A program made the position numbers and the translations under genes. Source: a virus. From it: a stretch of DNA of 56,302 nucleotides. Each line of letters starts with the position of its first letter. Position 1 is the stretch's first letter. Below are positions 49,697-56,302 of this stretch, piece after piece. Below the pieces are notes generated by a model. The model worked only from the letters and a program-made list of their open reading frames with translations. It made no database searches and had not been told where the DNA came from. The stretch is taken from UHGV virus genome UHGV-0090450; one strand, written 5' to 3'.

Positions 49697-50839
49697 ATGA
49701 ATAAAACTTTAATTGCAACATTAGTCGGTATAGTAATGTTAACCGGATGTGGGCCAGAAGAGTTAACTCCAGAACAGAAACAGGAAGTAGCTGCTCTTAA
49801 AGCTGAACTGTCGCAAACGGAAGGTGAAATATCAGCAGCTAAGGAAGTTGACCAGCAGTTTTCTGGTGGGTTGATAAAAAATCTGACAACAGCAAGACTG
49901 GAAATATTAGGAACTAATAAAGCGCTTTTGGAACAGCGTATTAATGCTATTGAATCAGGTGCCAAAATTGATGTTGTTGTATCTGGAGTAAAACCTGATC
50001 CTGAGCTTGCGGCTTCAATTAAAACTGAAATTGACAGCTTAGATGCAAAAATCAACGAAGCCAAAGCTGATGCTCGTCAGTATAGTGGTGGTCTGATAAA
50101 GGTACTAAAATTATCTACTGTTGCCACTGAAGAGCAGACCATGGCAATGTTGCAGCAAAAGTACCTCACAGCCAAGTATGGCCTCGCTGAAGTTAAGCTG
50201 GCATCAGTACAAGCTAATGACGCAAAAAACAGTACTGAAACGGAAGTAACAGCCAAAAATTCCCAAGAGCAACTTCCTTTACTCCCGCCAGCGGATGGTC
50301 CGTTTGGCTTAGAAGCCGGTCTTACACAGAAAAACATCGAAGATATGATCGGTGCTAAGCTCAAGCCACTACCAGACAGTGTGAATCTGTATACTTCTGA
50401 TAAATTACCGAAGCAAAACGCAGATTTTGAAATGTATGGTTTGCTGATCTCCCCGAAAGCTGGTTTATGTCAAATACGGGCTTTAGGAAAAAATATTGAT
50501 ACTGATAGCTATGGATTGGCTCTTAAATCCAAGTTTGAAGAATTGAGTAATTCTTTAAGTTCTCTGTATGGAAAGGCTGATACTACAGACTTTTTGCTGG
50601 CTGGTTCAATTTGGAAAGATCCTCAGGACTGGATGAGGGGGCTAAACAAAAAAGAACGCTTCTTATCTGCCACATGGAAGGGAACAAAAGAAATACCATT
50701 AAAAAACAATATTGATACTATATCTATTGAGGCCAGAGCGAACAATTCCACTCAGGGATATGTCTATCTGCAGTACTCATTTACAAATGACGAAATTTGT
50801 CAGGCAGAAATTGAAGGGGCGAAAAAAAGTTCCCTTTAA
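49697..50839 (+). CDS. lipoprotein with internal duplication (380 aa)
   Basis: Signal/lipobox LTGC; repeated QFSGGLIKNL / QYSGGLIKVL segments. Confidence 0.6.
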   Translation: MNKTLIATLVGIVMLTGCGPEELTPEQKQEVAALKAELSQTEGEISAAKEVDQQFSGGLIKNLTTARLEILGTNKALLEQRINAIESGAKIDVVVSGVKPDPELAASIKTEIDSLDAKINEAKADARQYSGGLIKVLKLSTVATEEQTMAMLQQKYLTAKYGLAEVKLASVQANDAKNSTETEVTAKNSQEQLPLLPPADGPFGLEAGLTQKNIEDMIGAKLKPLPDSVNLYTSDKLPKQNADFEMYGLLISPKAGLCQIRALGKNIDTDSYGLALKSKFEELSNSLSSLYGKADTTDFLLAGSIWKDPQDWMRGLNKKERFLSATWKGTKEIPLKNNIDTISIEARANNSTQGYVYLQYSFTNDEICQAEIEGAKKSSL

Positions 50840-50850
50840 ACAATCCGTGC

Positions 50851-50880
50851 AAAGCCCCTTAGTAAGGGGCTTTTATATAT
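50851..50880 (+). terminator. rho-independent terminator (AAAGCCCCTT-AGTA-AGGGGCTTT + T/A-rich)
   Basis: Perfect stem after lipoprotein stop. Confidence 0.55.
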
Positions 50881-50903
50881 TAATGTTCAACGTGGGGGAT
50901 TAG

Positions 50904-51227
50904 ATGAAAGATAATCTAGCAAAACTAATTGAAAATACTTTAAAAGATATTCTATTAGCTAATGCTGCTCTAACATTCATTTTTGCAATACCAATGGCTA
51001 TTATCAGTAGGCATGGGATGGGCATCACAATCTGGTTTATAACTGTGCTCATTGCACCTGCTCTGTGTGCAGTAGGTGCATGGCTTGTATCTCGAACATC
51101 CGGCCATGCTGAGGAGTTCTTTCATCGTCGGTGGGCTAAGCGAATTTATGTTTTTTATACTCTTGCGGCTGCCGAGTTTTTGCTTGTGTACTCAATCGCG
51201 CAAATAATGAAAAATCTGATGAAATAA
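50904..51227 (+). CDS. small membrane protein (about 3 TM segments)
   Basis: Hydrophobic ORF. Confidence 0.5.
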   Translation: MKDNLAKLIENTLKDILLANAALTFIFAIPMAIISRHGMGITIWFITVLIAPALCAVGAWLVSRTSGHAEEFFHRRWAKRIYVFYTLAAAEFLLVYSIAQIMKNLMK

Positions 51228-51505
51228 TTAACAAGTTATTATCATGGAGCTTGTGGCTGTTAACCTGCAGTGAGGCGACAATCGTGTATTTATAAAAACT
51301 TCCCCTTTTCACTCCCCGCTGCTTCTTCTGCTATTGCCTTTATGTTTGCATGCACCAACATCTGCCATACCTTTGCAGAAAAATCAGAGCATTCAGTGCC
51401 GAAGGTTGGTTTATTGATGCTTTTCGTTTCATTTATTGCAATTGTCTCTGGTATCATTTCAATTTGTGCAATAATTGCAATTATTGTCATTCAGAAGGGA
51501 TCATC

Positions 51506-51673
51506 ATGAAAAATCACGGAGTAAAGCCAGTTTTACTTTCCCGGAGGCAGATCGAAGCCCTGCAACGCATCCAGGACGAAGAGCGTCAGAAATCTGTGCT
51601 TGGTGTGGCACCGTCGATTCATGTTATCGCTCGGCAACTGATGGATAAGGCACTTAAAGAGGTGAGACTGTGA
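51506..51673 (+). CDS. hypothetical small protein (55 aa)
   Basis: ATG MKNHGVKP inside track ORF 51350-51673; stop overlaps next start. Confidence 0.35.
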   Translation: MKNHGVKPVLLSRRQIEALQRIQDEERQKSVLGVAPSIHVIARQLMDKALKEVRL

Positions 51674-51942
51674 AATTAAATATCAGAGTGGATAAACGCC
51701 AGCTATGGCAGAAAAAAGAGAACAGCGAGGCATTCAGGGCGTTGCTGGTGGAAAATCTTCAGCATCGGTTCAGTGGAGAGTTGCCTGATGCTCTAGGGAA
51801 GAAACTGGAATCCCTGACGGTGGAAATTGGCGATTATGGCTTTGTTGATGTTGAAAGCACGACTGCCAACACAGAAATCGTAAAACAGGTCGTCAATGGT
51901 GTAATGAAAACCACGCTTAGCCAGCCATCCTGGCGCAACTGA
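51670..51942 (+). CDS. hypothetical protein (90 aa)
   Basis: Coupled to upstream small ORF, followed by hairpin. Confidence 0.45.
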   Translation: MKLNIRVDKRQLWQKKENSEAFRALLVENLQHRFSGELPDALGKKLESLTVEIGDYGFVDVESTTANTEIVKQVVNGVMKTTLSQPSWRN

Positions 51943-51948
51943 ATCAGT

Positions 51949-51975
51949 AAGGGGCGGTTATTGCCCCTTTCCTCC
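51949..51975 (+). terminator. hairpin AAGGGGC-GGTTATT-GCCCCTT
   Basis: Inverted repeat after stop; weak T-tract. Confidence 0.4.
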
Positions 51976-52023
51976 ATACCCACAACGCATTCCCTTTCCG
52001 CATGAAATTATTTTTTATCGTAT

Positions 52024-52569
52024 ATGCATGAGGTGAGCTACATGTTGATGAGTAAAGCCGAATACGCCAAATACAAAGGCGTAAGCCGCCAGACAGTTTA
52101 CGACTGGCTCGAGAAAGGCGAAGTGGTCATGTCCGGTAAAAAAATTGATGTGGAAGCGACAGAGCAGCGGAACAGCCCACCAGCACAGGGGAAAGACACC
52201 ATTTCTGAAATGTGGCCAGAAAGAACGCTGGAAATGACATGGGGCGAGTTCTGGAAAGCAGTTAAGGCCAGAGACGGTAAAATTCCTGCGCCAGTAACGG
52301 ACGAGGGCATACAGCAGCGTGTGCTGTATGCAGCCGGGGAATTAGGCTGGGAAGTGCACTTTCTTGATGATGGTGCTATCTGCCTTGAGGATGATGAAGG
52401 GCAGCATTACTTTGAAAAATACAATTTGCGAGGTAATGCCAGGCTGGCAATTCGTATGCTGCGTTGCGAACTCTGCTATGTTGCAGGTGATTATCCCGAT
52501 GAACCGGAATCATGGAGTGAAGCCGGGTTAAACGCCCTGGCTGAGTGGGAAAAATCAGACCATCAATGA
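52024..52569 (+). CDS. HTH-domain protein (181 aa)
   Basis: N-terminal SKAEYAKYKGVSRQTVYDWLEKG helix-turn-helix-like segment. Confidence 0.5.
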   Translation: MHEVSYMLMSKAEYAKYKGVSRQTVYDWLEKGEVVMSGKKIDVEATEQRNSPPAQGKDTISEMWPERTLEMTWGEFWKAVKARDGKIPAPVTDEGIQQRVLYAAGELGWEVHFLDDGAICLEDDEGQHYFEKYNLRGNARLAIRMLRCELCYVAGDYPDEPESWSEAGLNALAEWEKSDHQ

Positions 52570-52860
52570 CATCAAAAAGTGTCAAGTTGAGCAGCTTGCC
52601 AGCTTGCCACTTTACACTCTGAACGCGAAAAAGTGTCAACCTCGCTGTAAGCCCCGCAATTACTGGGTTTGTGCCAGATTTACCACGTCAAAAAGCCGAA
52701 AAAACCGCGAAAAATGTCAAGTTGCCATGCTTAGAAATGCTAAGGTTTTTCGCGAAAAAGTGTCAAGTGTGTCAACCTGCGATATTAAGATTTATTAAGG
52801 TCTTAAGCCGGAAAGTGTCAACCAGCCCCCTAAGATTTCCTAAGGTGTGATTGGACGTGC
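52570..52860. repeat. repeat cluster: about 5 copies of GAAAAAGTGTCAA(G/C) plus 2 copies of TAAGATTTxxTAAGGT
   Basis: Seen directly downstream of HTH gene. Confidence 0.6.
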
Positions 52861-52942
52861 TGTAACCTTCTTGTCGCAATGTGGATGAATGACTATAGTG
52901 CTGGTAGCTTTGACAGCAGAATCAGATTACTGAAGGAAATGT

Positions 52943-53527
52943 GTGATGAGTTTTTTTAGTCTTTATGGGAAAGAACTATTTTCTTTTTTTATAACGATTT
53001 TAACATGGATACTGAATAACAGATTTAAAAGCAAGGCAAAGTTATCCTATGGTTATCAGCATGGATTTACTTTTCTTCTCAATGAACCCTTACGGAATGC
53101 CAATGGTGAGGTAATATCTAATTCACAGTTGGTGTATACACGATCTATTATTCTTGTTAATGAAGGGCGAGAAAGTGCTACTAATATCTCATTGGTTTTT
53201 AACTATAAGCCAATGCATATTAATTTTTGGCCTGTCCACCATTTTGAAGAAAATATTGAACAGGATGGTCGCTATATTATCAAGTTTGAAAGCCTTGCAC
53301 CTGGTGAGTCTATTCAATGTGAAATATTATCAATAAATAGAGAAGTTCCAAGTATTCTATCGATAAGATCTAAAGAGTGTGTGGCTGAGCCAGTGAATAT
53401 CGTGATGCAAAAATCGATTAGTAATATTGCCCTACGTTGCTATCAATTATTAATACTTCTTGGAACTGGCACATTAACATATTTAATTATCGTTATTCTG
53501 CAATGGTTAGTCACTAAAACGGGATAA
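52943..53527 (+). CDS. membrane protein (N- and C-terminal TM segments), AT-rich cargo
   Basis: Hydrophobic termini; no known domain. Confidence 0.5.
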   Translation: MMSFFSLYGKELFSFFITILTWILNNRFKSKAKLSYGYQHGFTFLLNEPLRNANGEVISNSQLVYTRSIILVNEGRESATNISLVFNYKPMHINFWPVHHFEENIEQDGRYIIKFESLAPGESIQCEILSINREVPSILSIRSKECVAEPVNIVMQKSISNIALRCYQLLILLGTGTLTYLIIVILQWLVTKTG

Positions 53528-53549
53528 TCCATTGTATTGAACTTATTAA

Positions 53550-53759
53550 TTGGATATGAGTGCTGATAGGAAACCTATGACCATCACCGAAGCCGATATG
53601 CTGGAGATGATCCGCAGCATTGCCGGAATCAAACAACCAGCAAGCAAAATTAACAGGTGTTCAGCGCCTGTTTCCGTTGTGCTGCAACAGGAACGCCACC
53701 AGCGGCGGGAAAACGAAAAGGCGTACCAATGGACGAAGCCAAACAAGTTACGGCGTTAA
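53550..53759 (+). CDS. hypothetical small protein
   Basis: ORF only. Confidence 0.3.
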   Translation: MDMSADRKPMTITEADMLEMIRSIAGIKQPASKINRCSAPVSVVLQQERHQRRENEKAYQWTKPNKLRR

Positions 53760-53793
53760 TTAGGGATGCGGGCTGGGATAGCCCGCATTTTGC

Positions 53794-54051
53794 TCACAGC
53801 TTGTTATAAATTTTTCCAGCGAAGTCATGAACCGCCTGAGGAATATCCGACGGCGTACCTAGCATTGTTGGCGCATCGGAAACAAAGAACATGATCGCTT
53901 CTTTGATTTCTTCGAAAGATGGGGTAGGGGTAATGCGCTTGAGATTTGAAACAGCCCGTCGGAACTCCGCCGTATCCATTGGATGCCTGCTAAACCACGT
54001 TGGACTAGAAGCCCAACATTTTACTGCTTCTTTCACCTTAGTGTTCATCAT
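53794..54051 (-). CDS. hypothetical small protein (85 aa)
   Basis: Only minus-strand ORF in this stretch, divergent from 54654 gene. Confidence 0.4.
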   Translation of the reverse strand: MMNTKVKEAVKCWASSPTWFSRHPMDTAEFRRAVSNLKRITPTPSFEEIKEAIMFFVSDAPTMLGTPSDIPQAVHDFAGKIYNKL

Positions 54052-54653
54052 TTTTCCTTTTGCTTATTACCATACAAAGCATGTGGAAAGAGAAGATTAA
54101 CATGGAAAATATGGGGTTGGTGAGCAAATGGTACTGGTAGCCCGTCGACATCTATCAGCATGATGATGTGAGGCCGTATCAGTGGCGGAAACCGAACAGG
54201 CTGCGACGGTGAGCGGGGCGTTATAGTAAGCCAACAGCCAAGCCAAACATTAAGCCTAAGGGTAGGGCTTTTTTGTGGCTGGTGGCGTAATGCCAACATT
54301 GTTACATGATGTTTTGAGGTATTATCTGCATGTTCGTGGTGAGGAACCACCAGAACTGATGAGCTTTTGTTTATGCATGTACTGCATGAAAACTGTCCTA
54401 TAAAGTGGGGGGTAGGTGTGCTGAGGAGAACATTGTGAGCTACGCCAAATTAAATTGTGTCGGGGGTGAACAAGTTTCTTGATAGGTGTCAGTAGGCACC
54501 TATAGTTATAGGCTTCTTCAATTTTGTGTGCACAATATTTTGTATTGATTGGGGATAGGGTTGCACGCAAAATTAAAAAATGTATATTTATTAACGTGTA
54601 TTTGATAATTTTTAAATAAAATATTTCTCTATGTTTATCATAAAAGGTTTTTT

Positions 54654-56252
54654 ATGAGCGTGGCAATAAAAACAATGACACCAGTGTCATATTCTATAAA
54701 AGTTGATGCGATTAAGAAAAGATTGTCATATTTTAGTGATGTTTCTTTTTTGAGAAATTTTTATGAACACTTCCAAAAAGTAAGGGATGTCGAGGTGGGT
54801 ATTGTTTCCAATTTCCCTTGGTGTTGCTATCTGGCAATGAAATGGAAGTTTTGCATGAAGGAAAAAAAGCCTGCAAAAGAAATGAGTAAAAATGATTTTG
54901 TTGATATTATCAACTTAATCTATAACTTGCAACTAGAAGCATCTAATTTAATCGTTGATGATAAAGTTATGCTAAGCCTTAGACGAATGGTGATAAATCA
55001 GTTGCTTTATCAATCAACTGATAAATTTAATGCCAATTCATTAACAAGACAGTATATTTGGTATTGCTTGAATGATGAATCATATTATAAAGATAAGTTT
55101 TTAGAATGTACTGGTTTACATTTGGAAAACTATTACAAAATGGCATGTTATTTTACCGCTATTTCATGTATTAATCCTGATATAGAATCAGAGGTTATTC
55201 CATTTAAACACTTGATAATAAACTTGGTTCCGATATTTGGTCCGGAACAAGTGAAAAGATTTTTGGAATTAACATGCTTAAAAATTGATGGTGTGAGAGA
55301 TTTTATTGCCCCATATAAATTGGATAAAAACATTACCGCTGAGTATTATGAAGATACACCATTCCTCAGTAAACCAATGTTTTTAGATGGCGATGGTGTA
55401 GTGATATTATGCAAAAGAATCATGAAGTCAGGGTTTGTCAACCTAGTTCCAGAATTGTTCAAGCAGGTCTATAAGGAATCTTATAAAGAAAAATTTGGTA
55501 AGACGATGGAACTTTATATTTCTCGCTTTCTTGATAAGTACAATTATAACTTTAAGACTGAAAGGGAGGTTAAGAGGATTTATAGTGATAATGCAATAAA
55601 AAATTGCAAGTCCGTAGATTTTGTTATTTCAGAGGGAGATTCAATAGTTTATATTGACTCGAAGGCAATAGAGCCTGCAAAGTTCGTTAAAACATCTAAT
55701 AATGCTCAGTTGCTAAAGGAAAGGTTGAATAAGAGTTTTATTAAAGGGATTTATCAAGGTCAGGAATGTGCTTTTAACTTAAATAAAATAGAGATGAGAA
55801 AACCATCTTCGAAAGATTCAATGTTAATTGTGGTGCATCGGGATCATCATATATCAAATGCAATGGTTGTGCAGGATTTTATTAACCCTGATTTATCAAC
55901 TGAGTTATCTGAAAAATATCATAGTATCCCCATTAATCTAAAAAGAATTTACTATATAACAATTGATGAGTTCGAATTATTACTTATGATGTGTAAACAG
56001 AAAGAACTATCTATTAATGAGTTTATTGATATGTGTGTGGAAAAAGATTCATTCCCTCATACTCAGAAGTCTAATCTAAGCATGCACATATATGAATTTG
56101 CACCAGAGGGTATTGATGATGATCAATTGATTGTAAAAGGAAGAGACTTACTGATTGATGATGTTATTGAAAATATGAAAGAGAGTGCATCAAAATGGTC
56201 TGGGAAAGTTGATATGTATCTTAAAATAAAAGATTATATTTTTAATTGGTAA
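54654..56252 (+). CDS. large AT-rich orphan protein (532 aa), possible PD-(D/E)xK-like motif
   Basis: Long clean ORF at about 30 percent GC; segment SVDFVISEGDSIVYIDSKAIE fits D...(D/E)xK pattern. Confidence 0.6.
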   Translation: MSVAIKTMTPVSYSIKVDAIKKRLSYFSDVSFLRNFYEHFQKVRDVEVGIVSNFPWCCYLAMKWKFCMKEKKPAKEMSKNDFVDIINLIYNLQLEASNLIVDDKVMLSLRRMVINQLLYQSTDKFNANSLTRQYIWYCLNDESYYKDKFLECTGLHLENYYKMACYFTAISCINPDIESEVIPFKHLIINLVPIFGPEQVKRFLELTCLKIDGVRDFIAPYKLDKNITAEYYEDTPFLSKPMFLDGDGVVILCKRIMKSGFVNLVPELFKQVYKESYKEKFGKTMELYISRFLDKYNYNFKTEREVKRIYSDNAIKNCKSVDFVISEGDSIVYIDSKAIEPAKFVKTSNNAQLLKERLNKSFIKGIYQGQECAFNLNKIEMRKPSSKDSMLIVVHRDHHISNAMVVQDFINPDLSTELSEKYHSIPINLKRIYYITIDEFELLLMMCKQKELSINEFIDMCVEKDSFPHTQKSNLSMHIYEFAPEGIDDDQLIVKGRDLLIDDVIENMKESASKWSGKVDMYLKIKDYIFNW

Positions 56253-56256
56253 TTAA

Positions 56257-56284
56257 GCAAGGGTGTTATTATCAACACCCTTGC
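56257..56284 (+). terminator. hairpin GCAAGGGTGTT-ATTATC-AACACCCTTGC after the 532-aa gene
   Basis: Perfect 11-bp stem; no strong T-run. Confidence 0.4.
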
Positions 56285-56302
56285 TCATAGTCTTACAATA
56301 TT

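Larger units (their letters stand above)
40158..56302. mobile_element. P4-like / PICI-like integrative satellite element (right end not identified in window)
   Basis: att fragment, P4-type integrase, AlpA, antirepressor-like, primase followed by iteron origin, AT-rich cargo. Confidence 0.8.

Noticed and set aside
54048-54570. ORFs 54048-54350 and 54322-54570 (-)
   Set aside because: Lie in the AT-rich intergenic region upstream of the 532-aa gene, overlapping, no RBS; likely promoter DNA.

Overview
Read by eye from the sequence and the supplied ORF translations; no searches were run, so every family assignment is motif- and synteny-based. The window holds two mobile elements in tandem, joined at a 46-bp 3' fragment of a tRNA-Thr gene (40158-40203). 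(1) Positions 1 to about 32745 are most of a prophage whose integrase lies outside the window: lambdoid immunity/early region (HD hydrolase, cI, cro, O-like initiator with internal iterons, PerC-like, LexA-DBD-only protein, RusA, KilA-N, DUF968, Q), lysis cassette (holin, lambda R-like endolysin, Rz/Rz1), HK97-type head genes (HNH, TerS P27 family, TerL, portal, protease, capsid) and a Mu-like contractile tail (sheath, tube, frameshifted chaperone, tape measure, baseplate, fibre). (2) Between Q and the lysis genes sits an AT-rich three-gene cargo: a C5 cytosine methyltransferase converging on a tightly coupled DUF262 + HEPN-motif operon. I consider this the best candidate for an undescribed defence system. 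(3) Between the tail-fibre genes and the tRNA fragment is about 7 kb of mosaic cargo on the minus strand: an acyltransferase-3 membrane protein, a GIY-YIG-like protein, an 854-aa RloC-like ABC ATPase with a CxxC zinc hook, and a 178-aa hypothetical, bracketed by two ~50-bp direct repeats. (4) From 40204 to the window end is a P4-like/PICI-like satellite: integrase, AlpA, ORF6N antirepressor-like, a run of small ORFs, primase followed by an iteron-rich origin, FinO/ProQ-like and PerC-like proteins, and AT-rich cargo ending in a 532-aa orphan ORF. No rRNA, intact tRNA or CRISPR array was seen.
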